Shown piece by piece: positions 29,596 to 39,779 of a DNA stretch of 64,000 bases. The position numbers were made by a program, and so were the translations under genes. Source of the DNA: a virus. The notes beneath the pieces are model-generated. The model was not told the origin of the DNA. It made no database searches and saw only the letters and a program-made list of their open reading frames with translations. Position 1 is the first letter of the stretch. Every line of letters begins with the position of its first letter. The DNA lies in the IMG/VR virus record IMGVR_UViG_3300023178_001963; one strand, given 5' to 3'.

Positions 29596-31278
29596 ATGGC
29601 AACTTGGAAAAAATATTTTAAAACATACGATGGAATGCCTCCAAAGCAGGCACCGTCTACAAACAATGGTGCTGAAGCAAGTAACAATCGCTACAGTAGT
29701 TGGTTACCTGAAGTTTATCAGGGTCAACCAAACCGTGTACAGCGTTACAGTCAGTATGACCAAATGGATATGGATAGTGAAGTTAATGCTGCACTGGACA
29801 TTATCGCAGAGTTCTCTACATTGCGTGATGAACAAACTGCTATGCCTTTCTCTGTTGATTTCAACGAAGATCCAACTGAGTCAGAAAACGATATTATTCA
29901 GCGTACATTAAAACAATGGTGTAATGTTAACGAATTAAACAAGCGTGTCTTCCGTATCTTTAGAAATGCCATCAAATACGGTGACCAAGTTTTTGTTCGT
30001 GATCCAGAAACATACAAGCTATTTTGGGTTAATCCTGCTAAAGTAGATAAAGTTGTTGTCAATGAAGGTAAAGGTAAAAAAGTAGAAGCATATTATATCA
30101 AAGATATTGATGTTAATATACAGAGTATGAATATTACTGCGGATTCAAACAAACTTACCCAAACTGGTAGTGCTGGTATGGGACTTCCTAATCTAAACAG
30201 TAATACTACACAAGGTTATACTGGTGGTAGTGCGGGCGGTACTCGCTTTGTTAATGAACAAACATCAACACCGATTGACGCTGCACACGTTGTTCACTTG
30301 TCACTTAGTGAAGGTGTTGATAACTTCTGGCCTTTCGGTACTAGTGTACTAGAACCAATTTTTAAAGTTTACAAACAAAAAGAACTACTTGAAGATGCTA
30401 TTCTAATCTATCGTGTACAACGTGCACCAGAGCGCAGAGTGTTTTATATTGACGTTGGTAACATGCCAACACACAAAGCAAGACAGCACCTAGAGCGTAT
30501 CAAAGGGGAAATTCATCAAAGACGTATTCCATCTAAAACAGGTGGTGGTCAGAACATTACAGATAGTGCTTACAATCCACTATCAATCATGGAAGATTAC
30601 TTCTTTGCTCAGACAGCAGAAGGCCGTGGTTCTAAAGTTGAAACTCTACCAGGCGGTGAGAACTTAGGTCAGATTGATGACTTGAAGTATTTTAATGATA
30701 AATTAATGCGTGGTCTACGTGTTCCACCATCATACCTAGGTGGACTAGAAGATGGCGGATCAACATACACTGACGGTCGTGTTGGAACTGCTATGATAGC
30801 TGAGTTTAGATTTACAAAATATTGTGAACGTTTACAGGCACTTATTGTTGAAGAACTGGACCGTGAATTTAAAATGTTCTTGAAACATCGTGGTGTTATG
30901 GTAGAAAGTTCTCTATTCAATCTTAAGTTCAATACTCCTCAGAACTTTGGTAAGTTCCGTCAAGCAGAAGTAGACCAAGTAGCTATGAATGTATTCTCTG
31001 CTATTGAAGGCGCAGATTATATCAGTAAGCGTTTTGCTCTACAGCGTTTCTTAGGTCTAACAGAAGACGAAATTCTAGAAAACGAAAAGCTATGGCGTGA
31101 AGAAAGACAAGAAGTTGATTCATTAGCAGGTGCAGCAGACGGTATGAAAGATGTCGGAGCAGCCCCACCAGCAGATTTTGATGATCAAGACTTTGACTTT
31201 GACGAAACTGATGCCGATACTGAAGATGGTTCAGTTATTTCAGGTGAAGAAAACGCTGAAACTGAACAAGAAGTATAA
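29596..31278 (+). CDS. gp20: Portal protein
   Basis: 'LEDAILIYRVQRAPERRVFYIDVGNMP' and 'EDYFF..GRGSKVETLPGGENLG.IDD..YF'. Confidence 0.97.
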   Translation: MATWKKYFKTYDGMPPKQAPSTNNGAEASNNRYSSWLPEVYQGQPNRVQRYSQYDQMDMDSEVNAALDIIAEFSTLRDEQTAMPFSVDFNEDPTESENDIIQRTLKQWCNVNELNKRVFRIFRNAIKYGDQVFVRDPETYKLFWVNPAKVDKVVVNEGKGKKVEAYYIKDIDVNIQSMNITADSNKLTQTGSAGMGLPNLNSNTTQGYTGGSAGGTRFVNEQTSTPIDAAHVVHLSLSEGVDNFWPFGTSVLEPIFKVYKQKELLEDAILIYRVQRAPERRVFYIDVGNMPTHKARQHLERIKGEIHQRRIPSKTGGGQNITDSAYNPLSIMEDYFFAQTAEGRGSKVETLPGGENLGQIDDLKYFNDKLMRGLRVPPSYLGGLEDGGSTYTDGRVGTAMIAEFRFTKYCERLQALIVEELDREFKMFLKHRGVMVESSLFNLKFNTPQNFGKFRQAEVDQVAMNVFSAIEGADYISKRFALQRFLGLTEDEILENEKLWREERQEVDSLAGAADGMKDVGAAPPADFDDQDFDFDETDADTEDGSVISGEENAETEQEV

Positions 31279-31286
31279 ATACTATT

Positions 31287-31508
31287 ATGAGATACAGTGA
31301 ATTAAAAGAAAACTATTCTCCTGACGAGGATGATGCAAACAAAATAGAATTGGACGATACACGTAAAGTTCGTCTAACTCTTAAGCACCTTTCCAAGTTA
31401 AGAAAGATTAGAGAGTACAGAAAATATCAGGAAAATATAAAATCTTCACAACTTAAAAAGCAGTATGGTGCTGCTGGCGGCGAAGGCGGAGAAATTCCTG
31501 ATATTTGA
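31287..31508 (+). CDS. Small head-module hypothetical protein
   Basis: Follows TATAAATA at 31274-31281; lies between the portal and core genes. Confidence 0.7.
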   Translation: MRYSELKENYSPDEDDANKIELDDTRKVRLTLKHLSKLRKIREYRKYQENIKSSQLKKQYGAAGGEGGEIPDI

Positions 31509-31560
31509 TATTAACTAGTATGTTATATCAACTGTAAGTGTACTAAATATCTCTACAACC

Positions 31561-31589
31561 AAAAAACGGCTGAAAAACAGCCGTTTTTT
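31561..31589. terminator. Bidirectional intrinsic terminator-like hairpin
   Basis: AAAAAACGGCTG-AAAAA-CAGCCGTTTTTT. Confidence 0.7.
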
Positions 31590-31619
31590 AATGTTTCCAT
31601 ATAAAACCTATATTTTATC

Positions 31620-31627
31620 TATAAATA
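31620..31627 (+). promoter_or_regulatory. T4-type late promoter TATAAATA (head operon). Similar (G/T/C)ATAAATA boxes at 27210, 31274, 35592, 43319(-), 45357, 47099, 49912, 53360, 54700, 59079 and 61787
   Basis: Recurrent motif in intergenic gaps upstream of structural genes; a gp55 homologue is present. Confidence 0.8.
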
Positions 31628-31698
31628 CTTTTGAAACAAGAGTGTTTCTACAATTTTGCCACATAATTCGTGGCTAAACTAAGATAAGGAGACTTATA

Positions 31699-32559
31699 AT
31701 GTCAAGAAGTAAGTTAGAACAAGTGCTAGAACTTCTTATCAACGAGGAGCGTGAAGCAGCAGAAGAGCTACTACATGATTTTATCGTAGAGAACGCTCGT
31801 CAAATCCACGAAAAACTTCTAAACGAGAGTGACGAAGTTGTAGAAGAAGAACTTGAGGATCTGGACGAGTCAGAAGAAGAAGACCTAGACGAGTCAGAAG
31901 AGCTTGAAGAAGCTGAACTAGGCCTAGATGAAGAAGAAGATGAATCAGCAGAAGAATTAGAAGCGGATGCTGAAGAAATCGAATCTGAAGAAATCTATGA
32001 CGAAGATGAAATGGATGATGAAGAAGCATTAGCCGACCTAGAAATGGGCGATGATGAAGCGGATGAAGACATGGAAACACGTGTAGACGATCTAGAATCA
32101 GCACTAGCAGAGCTAGAAGCAGAGTTCGAAAAAATAATGTCAGGTGAAGGCGATGATGAAATGGACATGGAAGATGAAGAAGACGACATGGAAGAATCAT
32201 TAGAGCTAGAACTAGAAGAAGCAGATGAAGAAGATTTAGAAGAGTCAGAAGAAGACTTAGAAGAATCATCAGAAGAAGAGCTAAACGAATACGTTGACGC
32301 AGTATCAGCTTCAGCAGGTGACAATGGCGACGGTGGTTCATCACCAGTCAATGCGAACCCAGCACGTCCAGGTGACGATTCAAACGCAGCACCAGTAAAA
32401 ACACACGATGGTAACACAGCGGGTGGCAAAGGTGAAGCACCAAAAGATATGAATACAAAAAATGTAAATGTATCAGGTAACAAAAAAGCGCCAGCTATGT
32501 CAGGTCAAACTGCAAAGCCAGGTGATAATGGTGTGAATACAAAAGCAATCACATCATAA
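31699..32559 (+). CDS. Highly acidic prohead core/scaffold-type protein
   Basis: Glu/Asp-rich with many L-x-E motifs; located before the prohead protease. Confidence 0.7.
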   Translation: MSRSKLEQVLELLINEEREAAEELLHDFIVENARQIHEKLLNESDEVVEEELEDLDESEEEDLDESEELEEAELGLDEEEDESAEELEADAEEIESEEIYDEDEMDDEEALADLEMGDDEADEDMETRVDDLESALAELEAEFEKIMSGEGDDEMDMEDEEDDMEESLELELEEADEEDLEESEEDLEESSEEELNEYVDAVSASAGDNGDGGSSPVNANPARPGDDSNAAPVKTHDGNTAGGKGEAPKDMNTKNVNVSGNKKAPAMSGQTAKPGDNGVNTKAITS

Positions 32560-32580
32560 TTTATTCATTTGGAGAAACCA

Positions 32581-33210
32581 ATGACAGTTCTTATTGAGAG
32601 ATTATCACACAATCAAGCAAACGTGAAATCACGTATTGTGGAAAGTGAAGATGGTGAAAAGAACATGTTCATGGAAGGCATCTTCGTCCAAGGCGGAGTG
32701 AAGAATGCTAACCAACGTGTTTATCCGGTATCTGAAATATCTAAGGCAGTGGAAAGTGTTCAGAAGAAAATTTCTGACGGTTTCCCAGTCTTAGGAGAAT
32801 GTGACCACCCACCAGAATTAACAGTAAATGTTGATCGTGTTTCTCATATTATTGAAAACATGTGGATGGATGGACCAAACGGCTATGGTAAACTGAAAAT
32901 TGTTCCTACGCCAATGGGCAACATTATCAGAACACTAATCGAGTCAGGCGCTACTTTGGGTGTCTCATCTCGTGGTTCTGGTGAAGTTGATGGCCAGGGT
33001 AATGTGAGTAATTTTGAGATTGTCACAGTAGACATCGTAGCACAGCCAAGCGCACCGGATGCGTATCCAAAGGCAATCTACGAAGGACTAATGAACATGC
33101 GTGGCGGCTTCCAAACATGGCAGCTGGCACAAGATGTAAAACATGACAAGGCTGCACAGAAGTACTTGTCAGAGGAAATAGTGAAGTTCATTCGTGAACT
33201 AAAACTTTAA
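32581..33210 (+). CDS. gp21: Prohead protease
   Basis: 'N.NQRVYP', 'LGECDHP', 'LGVSSRGSG' and 'DIVAQPSAPDAY'. GGAGA RBS favours ATG 32581. Confidence 0.95.
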   Translation: MTVLIERLSHNQANVKSRIVESEDGEKNMFMEGIFVQGGVKNANQRVYPVSEISKAVESVQKKISDGFPVLGECDHPPELTVNVDRVSHIIENMWMDGPNGYGKLKIVPTPMGNIIRTLIESGATLGVSSRGSGEVDGQGNVSNFEIVTVDIVAQPSAPDAYPKAIYEGLMNMRGGFQTWQLAQDVKHDKAAQKYLSEEIVKFIRELKL

Positions 33211-33224
33211 CAGGAGAAGCAACA

Positions 33225-34334
33225 ATGGCAAACGAAATCCTTGCTAATCTTCTAGAGTCTGGCGCACTAAGCGAAGAAGCTGGTGCGGCAATTAAAGAGG
33301 CTATGGAAGCAAAACTAAATGAAGCAAGAGAGGAGATTACAGCCGAGTTGCGTGAAGAGTTCGCACAAAAATTTGAACATGACAAAGGTGTCATCGTTGA
33401 AGCTATGGATAATATGCTAAATGAAGCAATCCGTACTGAAATCGAAGAGTTCAAAACAGACCGTGAAGCTCTAATCGCAGAACGTGTTGCGTATAAGAAA
33501 GCAATTTCGGAACACGCAAAACTCCTTGAAAAATTCATTACTTCTCAACTTGCAAACGAAGTTAAAGAACTACGTGATGATCGTGCTAAAGTAGCAGAGA
33601 ATTTAGATAAAACTAAAGAATTCGTTACAAAACAACTAGCACGTGAACTAGCAGAGTTCCACAACGACAAGCGTGAATTAGTAGAAACTAAAGTACGCAT
33701 GGTAGCAGAAGGCAAAGAACTTCTTAATAAAACAAAAGAATCATTTGTCAAGCGTTCAGCAGAGTTAGTAGAAACAACAATTTCTAACGCTCTACGTTCA
33801 GAAATCGCAACGCTAAAAGAGGACATTCAAGCGGCTAAAGAAAATGAATTTGGTCGTAAACTGTTCGAAGCATTTGCGGGCGAATTCATGTCTTCACAAT
33901 TAAATGAAGGCACTGAAGTAGCAAAAATGAACAAAAAGCTAGACGAGTCTGCAGAGAAAGTTGCAGAACTAGAAGCAATGATCGCTGAAAAGGAAGCAGA
34001 AATTACTGAAGCATCTCGTAAGCAGCGTGTAATGGAAGACAGAATGAACCGCAAAGCGGTAATGGATGATCTTCTAGCACCATTAGCTAACGAGAAACGC
34101 AGAGTAATGTCTGATCTACTTGAATCAGTAAAAACTTCAAACCTAAAAACTGCATTTAAGAAATATCTGCCAGCAGTTTTAAACGAAAATGTTACTGCTA
34201 AGGCAGAAACAAAAACAACTTTAACAGAAGGCAAAGTGACTGAACATACAGGTGATCGTGAATCAACAACTGAAGCACAATCAACTGGTGGCGATGCCGA
34301 TATTGTCGTGCTAAAGAAATTAGCAGGACTGTAA
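33225..34334 (+). CDS. gp22: Major prohead scaffolding protein
   Basis: Coiled-coil, Glu/Ala-rich; lies between the protease and capsid genes; ends 'LKKLAGL'. Confidence 0.85.
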   Translation: MANEILANLLESGALSEEAGAAIKEAMEAKLNEAREEITAELREEFAQKFEHDKGVIVEAMDNMLNEAIRTEIEEFKTDREALIAERVAYKKAISEHAKLLEKFITSQLANEVKELRDDRAKVAENLDKTKEFVTKQLARELAEFHNDKRELVETKVRMVAEGKELLNKTKESFVKRSAELVETTISNALRSEIATLKEDIQAAKENEFGRKLFEAFAGEFMSSQLNEGTEVAKMNKKLDESAEKVAELEAMIAEKEAEITEASRKQRVMEDRMNRKAVMDDLLAPLANEKRRVMSDLLESVKTSNLKTAFKKYLPAVLNENVTAKAETKTTLTEGKVTEHTGDRESTTEAQSTGGDADIVVLKKLAGL

Positions 34335-34359
34335 CTTATTAAAACAGGAGACTGAAAAG

Positions 34360-35523
34360 ATGGAAAATCTTTTTGAAGGAAACAACTGGGACACAACACG
34401 TGAAGCACTACTAGAAGGTCTAGAAGGCACAAAGCGTGATGTTATGTCATCAGTACTAGAAAACACAAAAGTAGCACTAAACGAAAATGCTACAGCAGGT
34501 GCAACACAAGCAGGTAACATTGCAACACTAAACAAAGTGATTCTACCAGTTATCCGTCGTGTTATGCCAACAGTTATCGCAAACGAAATCATCGGCGTTC
34601 AGCCAATGACTGGCCCAGTTGGTCAGATCCACACACTACGTGTTCGTTACGCAGACAACGCAGGTACAACAACTGCAGGTTCAGAAGCACTATCACCATT
34701 TGATATCGCAAAGAACTACTCAGGTGACGGCTCAGCTGCACCTCTATCAACAGCAGCAATGGAAGGCGCAGCGGGTAACCGTATGTCAATCCAAGTTCTA
34801 AAGCAAACTGTTGAAGCGAAAACACGTAAGCTATCAGCACGTTGGACTTTTGAAGCGGCACAAGACGCTAACGCAATGCACGGTCTAGACATCGAAGCAG
34901 AAATCATGGCAGCACTAGCTATGGAAATCACTGCAGAGATCGACCAAGAGATCCTAGGTTCATTAGAAAATCTAGCAACATCAGGTGCAACATTCGACAT
35001 GACACAAACCTTTACAGGTACTCCAACATTCGTTGGTGACAAGCATGCCGTACTAGCGACACTAATCAACCAACAAGCAAACCTAGTAGCACAGCGTACA
35101 CGCCGTGGCGCAGCTAACTGGGCTGTTGTTTCACCAGCAGCACTAACAGTTCTACAATCTGCGACTACATCAGCATTCGCACGTACAACTGAAGGTACAT
35201 TCGAAGCACCAACAAACACAAAATTCGTTGGTACACTAAATGGCACAATGCGCATTTACGTAAACACATACGCAGCAGACGATGCTCCAGTTCTACTAGG
35301 CTACAAAGGCCAAGGCGAAATCGACGCAGCAGCATTCTACTGCCCATACGTACCGCTAATGTCATCAGGTGTTGTGATTGATCCAGGCACATTCGAACCA
35401 GTAGTATCATTCATGACTCGTTACGGTTACGTTGAGCTAACAAACACTGCGTCATCACTAGGTAACGCAGCGGATTATGTTTCAAAAATCACAATCCCAG
35501 CAAACTCACTATCTTTCCTATAA
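34360..35523 (+). CDS. gp23: Major capsid protein
   Basis: 'GVQPMTGPVGQI', 'AKTRKLSARWT.E.AQD..A.HG.D.E' and 'FYCPYVPL..TRYG'. Confidence 0.98.
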   Translation: MENLFEGNNWDTTREALLEGLEGTKRDVMSSVLENTKVALNENATAGATQAGNIATLNKVILPVIRRVMPTVIANEIIGVQPMTGPVGQIHTLRVRYADNAGTTTAGSEALSPFDIAKNYSGDGSAAPLSTAAMEGAAGNRMSIQVLKQTVEAKTRKLSARWTFEAAQDANAMHGLDIEAEIMAALAMEITAEIDQEILGSLENLATSGATFDMTQTFTGTPTFVGDKHAVLATLINQQANLVAQRTRRGAANWAVVSPAALTVLQSATTSAFARTTEGTFEAPTNTKFVGTLNGTMRIYVNTYAADDAPVLLGYKGQGEIDAAAFYCPYVPLMSSGVVIDPGTFEPVVSFMTRYGYVELTNTASSLGNAADYVSKITIPANSLSFL

Positions 35524-35548
35524 TATTAGGATTAATAGTTATTATAAG

Positions 35549-35576
35549 AAACCCGGGATTTATCCCGGGTTTTTTT
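35549..35576 (+). terminator. Intrinsic terminator after the capsid gene
   Basis: AAACCCGGGA-TTTA-TCCCGGGTTTTTTT. Confidence 0.9.
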
Positions 35577-35633
35577 ATTGCTTGTAATAAAGATAAATAG
35601 ACATATAATAAATTCTAAATGTGAGATTAAACT

Positions 35634-38600
35634 ATGGCAGAACAAATTAAATTTGGTGATAGACTATTTCTTAGCGGAGATAAGGTTGTCGCACAACAAG
35701 ACGTTCTTATTAATAGAGACCTTGTTGTTGAAGGCAACTTGGATGTTAATGGTAGTATAACAACTATTGACACTACAAATACATATATTTCAGATCCTAT
35801 TGTTGAAATGAACCATCAATTCGAAGGTAGTCCAACAGATGATGTTGGATTTGAAGTTAATCGTGGAGATGAATTAAATGTATTTTGGTTGTGGGATGAA
35901 AGTATTGATAGCTGGAGTTCAAGAGGAACAGACCTAAAAGTACATAATTTTCACGCCACTGGAAATACCCAAATTAATGGAACTTTAGATGTTGATGGGC
36001 AGAGTACATTAGCAAGCGCCAATATAGAAGACCTCACAAATGATAGAATTGTACTTGCTGGTGTTGATGGCGAATTAGAAGATGACGCTAATTTTACAAT
36101 GGATGGGACAACATTCAATATTGGATTAGGAAATTTTACAGTAGATATAGCTACAGGTGACACTTCAATCTCTGGTAACGTTGCTATCGGTGGCGATTTA
36201 GATATTGATGGTCAACTTACAGCAGCTTCATTGAATGTAGAAGATTTAACAAACAATAGAGTTGTGATAGTAGGTGTTGATGGTGAATTAGAGGATGATG
36301 CTAACTTTGTTTATGATGGTACTGGGCTAAACATTGGTTCAAGTAATTTCCTTGTACAAGCATCAAGCGGCGATATCTATAGCCGAGGCACCATACACAC
36401 TGATGGGCAAGCAACATTTGCGAGTGCAAACGTAGAAGACTTAACAGATAATAGAATTGTAATCTCAGGAACACTAGGTGAACTAGAAGATGATGCTAAC
36501 TTTACATTTGACGGAACGACATTTAATATAGGCCAAGGAAACTTCACAGTAGATGTAGCAACTGGAAATACAAACTCATCAGGTCAAAGTACATTGGCAA
36601 GTTTAAATGTTGAAGATTTAACAGACGATAGAATTGTAATTGCTGGTGCACTTGGTGAATTAGAGGATGATGCTAATTTTACGTTTAATGGTTCAAAATT
36701 TAATATAGGCTTAGGAAACTTCACAGTAGGGGTAGCAACTGGTAACACACAAGTTATTGGTGCACTAGACGTAGATTCACAATCTACATTAGCAAGTGTA
36801 AATGTTGAAGACTTAACAGATAATAGAATTGTAATAGTAGGCACTAACGGTGAGTTAGAAGATGATCCTAACTTTACAATGGATGGTGCACTATTCAATA
36901 TTGGTCAGGGTAATATGACTGTTGATGTTCTATCTGGTAGAATTACATCACTTGGTCAAAGTACATTAGCGAGTGTAAATGTAGAAGACTTAACAGATAA
37001 TAGAGTACTAATCGCAGGAACAAATGGCGAAATAGAAGATGACGCTAATTTAACATTTGATGGTAATACGTTACATGTAGGTCCGTTGATACCTGCTATG
37101 TCAGTTAATATCGGAACCTATGTAACAACTGTATTCGGAGAATTAGATGTAGATGGTCAAGCAAACCTAGCGAGTGCAGCAGTAGAAGATTTAACAGATA
37201 ACAGAGTTGTTGTATCAGGTGTAGGCGGTGAACTAGAAGATGATGCCAACTTTACATTTGATGGTACTGCGCTAGATATCGGGCAAGGTAATTTTACAAT
37301 TGATGTGGCTACAGGAAATACTGATATCTCAGGTAATCTTAACGTTCAAGGTACTCTAACAACATTGAATACTGAAACCATATTATTAGCTGATAACATA
37401 GTAACATTGAATAGTAATTATGTAGGATCATCACCTAACGAAAACGCAGGTATAGAAGTTAACAGAGGTACAGAAAGTAAAGTAGATGTACGTTGGAATG
37501 AAACAACTGATATATGGGAATTTACAAACGATGGTACAATTTATAGACCTATACCTCATACAACTGATGACTTGTTAGAAGGGGCAACCAACCTTTACTA
37601 CTTAGATAGTAGAGCTAGACTTGCTATGAGTGTCACAGATACAGGCGGAGATGGATCGTTGACATATGATAACACAACAGGTGTTATTACATATACTGGT
37701 CCATCAGCAATAGAAGTAAGAGCGCACATTTCACATGTGGATACAGGTGGTGATGGATCATTTACATATGATAGTAATACAGGTGTTATGACTTACACAG
37801 GCGCAAGCCACGCTGAAGCAATTGCACACTTTACTGATGGTAAAGGAATACAAATTACTGATGATGGTTCTGTTTCTACATTTGCGTTGGACTTTACAGA
37901 ATTTAGTACAAGTGATGTAGTTGAAGATCCAGCTGCAACAACAACTTCTGGAACAATGTACTTTACAGAATCACGTTCACGTGAATCTATTTCGCATGTT
38001 GATGGCGGTGGTGATGGATCATTTACATATGACAATGTTACTGGTGTTATGACATACACAGGCCCGAGTGCTAATGAAACTAGGGCACACTTCTCAGCAA
38101 CAACTGCGGCCGCGTCAACAACAACTTCATTAACATATGATAGTAATACTGGTACGTTTACCTATACACCATTAGATATAGCATCAGTAGAAACTACAAC
38201 AAGTATATCTTTCAACAACGCAACAAATACTCTTTCATACATAGATGAAGACGGTGTTCAGACTGATATTGACTTGACTCTGTATTTGGATGATACTAAT
38301 TTAGCAAGACTTACACAAGGTGTTTTAGATTCTAATACTGGTATTGCTACATTCACCCGTGATGATAATACTACGTTTACAGTAGATTTCAGTTCTTTAT
38401 TGAATACAGATACATTTGTAGTTAGTGGTTCATTTGATACTACTACTGGAAATTTAACACTAACTAGAAATGATTCATCTACTGTTGTCACAAGTTTAGA
38501 TGGAAGATATCTACAATCATTTACAGAAACAGATCCAATATTCTCAGCAAGTGATGCCGCAGGTATTACATCTACTGATATATCTAATTGGAATACAGCA

Positions 38601-39779
38601 CATGGATGGGGAGATCATAGCACTGCTGGTTATCTAACGAGTTATACAGAAACAGATCCAATATTCTCAGCAAGTGAAGCGGCTAGTATTACATCTACTG
38701 ATATATCTAATTGGAATACAGCACATGGATGGGGAGATCATAGCACTGCTGGTTATCTAACGAGTTATACAGAAACAGATCCAATATTCTCAGCAAGTGA
38801 AGCGGCTAGTATTACAGCAACAGATACTACTAATTGGGATACAGCACATGGATGGGGAGATCATAGCACTGCTGGATATCTATCATCCACTATAACTACA
38901 TCAGGTGAAGGTATTACTTGGAGTATGAATACAGATGGTGCGAGTATCAAATTCTATAATACAAGTGATGGTGATACAGACAGTAGATTAGAATTTAGTA
39001 CAAATGACAACAATGACGAATACTTCCGTTGGACACACGCACCAAGCGGAGGAACAGTATATGAAAGTATGCGATTAGTTCCAAATAGTGACGGTGATGC
39101 AAGACTTACACTAAGCGGTGATTTAGTAGTAAATGCATCACAGTCAGTAGATCCAGTAGCAACATTTACGGGTACATCATCAACTACCGATAATCCAATT
39201 ATAGTAGCTGCTACAAATTCAGATAACAGAGACCCTTGGATTAAACTAGTAAGACCAACTACAACAAGCGGTGCAGACTTAGTAATCCGAGGTGGCGTAG
39301 GCAGTGATTGGTTATCTATACATCATATTTCTTCTGGTGCAGATAGCCAACTTGTAGTACATAGTAATGGAAATGTTGGTGTGGGTACTGGTACAACTAC
39401 CGTACCAGCAGAAAAACTACATGTTGGTGGTAATATAGTTGCAACTGGTGATATTACTGCATTCTATTCAGATGAAAGACTAAAAGATTTTAGTGGAAAA
39501 ATAGATAACGCACTTGAAAAGGTAAGCATGTTAAATGGTTATTACTATACAGGTAATGAGGTAGCCGCTGAGTTAGGTTATGATACAGAAACTAGACAAG
39601 TAGGTGTTAGCGCACAAGAAGTAGAATCAGTACTACCTGAGGTTGTTAAAACTGCACCTATAAGTTTAGATGGTGAAACTGATTATAAAACTGTTCAATA
39701 TGAAAAACTAGTTCCTCTGTTAATTGAATCAATAAAAGAATTGAAAGCAGAAATTGAAGAACTAAAAAGAAAAAGTTAA
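35634..39779 (+). CDS. Long fibre protein with internal repeats and C-terminal intramolecular chaperone (peptidase S74-like)
   Basis: Multiple repeat families; C-terminal 'YSDERLK..IDNALEKV..GVSAQEVE.VLPE.V..YEKLVPLLIESIKELK'. Confidence 0.88.
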   Translation: MAEQIKFGDRLFLSGDKVVAQQDVLINRDLVVEGNLDVNGSITTIDTTNTYISDPIVEMNHQFEGSPTDDVGFEVNRGDELNVFWLWDESIDSWSSRGTDLKVHNFHATGNTQINGTLDVDGQSTLASANIEDLTNDRIVLAGVDGELEDDANFTMDGTTFNIGLGNFTVDIATGDTSISGNVAIGGDLDIDGQLTAASLNVEDLTNNRVVIVGVDGELEDDANFVYDGTGLNIGSSNFLVQASSGDIYSRGTIHTDGQATFASANVEDLTDNRIVISGTLGELEDDANFTFDGTTFNIGQGNFTVDVATGNTNSSGQSTLASLNVEDLTDDRIVIAGALGELEDDANFTFNGSKFNIGLGNFTVGVATGNTQVIGALDVDSQSTLASVNVEDLTDNRIVIVGTNGELEDDPNFTMDGALFNIGQGNMTVDVLSGRITSLGQSTLASVNVEDLTDNRVLIAGTNGEIEDDANLTFDGNTLHVGPLIPAMSVNIGTYVTTVFGELDVDGQANLASAAVEDLTDNRVVVSGVGGELEDDANFTFDGTALDIGQGNFTIDVATGNTDISGNLNVQGTLTTLNTETILLADNIVTLNSNYVGSSPNENAGIEVNRGTESKVDVRWNETTDIWEFTNDGTIYRPIPHTTDDLLEGATNLYYLDSRARLAMSVTDTGGDGSLTYDNTTGVITYTGPSAIEVRAHISHVDTGGDGSFTYDSNTGVMTYTGASHAEAIAHFTDGKGIQITDDGSVSTFALDFTEFSTSDVVEDPAATTTSGTMYFTESRSRESISHVDGGGDGSFTYDNVTGVMTYTGPSANETRAHFSATTAAASTTTSLTYDSNTGTFTYTPLDIASVETTTSISFNNATNTLSYIDEDGVQTDIDLTLYLDDTNLARLTQGVLDSNTGIATFTRDDNTTFTVDFSSLLNTDTFVVSGSFDTTTGNLTLTRNDSSTVVTSLDGRYLQSFTETDPIFSASDAAGITSTDISNWNTAHGWGDHSTAGYLTSYTETDPIFSASEAASITSTDISNWNTAHGWGDHSTAGYLTSYTETDPIFSASEAASITATDTTNWDTAHGWGDHSTAGYLSSTITTSGEGITWSMNTDGASIKFYNTSDGDTDSRLEFSTNDNNDEYFRWTHAPSGGTVYESMRLVPNSDGDARLTLSGDLVVNASQSVDPVATFTGTSSTTDNPIIVAATNSDNRDPWIKLVRPTTTSGADLVIRGGVGSDWLSIHHISSGADSQLVVHSNGNVGVGTGTTTVPAEKLHVGGNIVATGDITAFYSDERLKDFSGKIDNALEKVSMLNGYYYTGNEVAAELGYDTETRQVGVSAQEVESVLPEVVKTAPISLDGETDYKTVQYEKLVPLLIESIKELKAEIEELKRKS
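36000..37330 (+). repeat. Seven ~55-70-aa coding repeats (LASxNVEDLTDNRIVIxGxxGELEDDANFTFDG)
   Basis: Visible in the translation of 35634..39779. Confidence 0.9.
38523..38881 (+). repeat. Three near-identical 123-bp tandem repeats (ETDPIFSAS..NWNTAHGWGDHSTAGYL)
   Basis: Units start at 38523, 38646 and 38769. Confidence 0.95.

Noticed and set aside
31781-35410. Long antisense ORFs over the core, scaffold and capsid genes (and similar ones over hub, tape measure and sheath genes)
   Set aside because: Shadow frames caused by biased codon usage of the real genes; Ser/Leu-rich with no RBS or motifs.
38523-38881. CRISPR-like array
   Set aside because: In-frame coding tandem repeats without unique spacers, and no cas genes.
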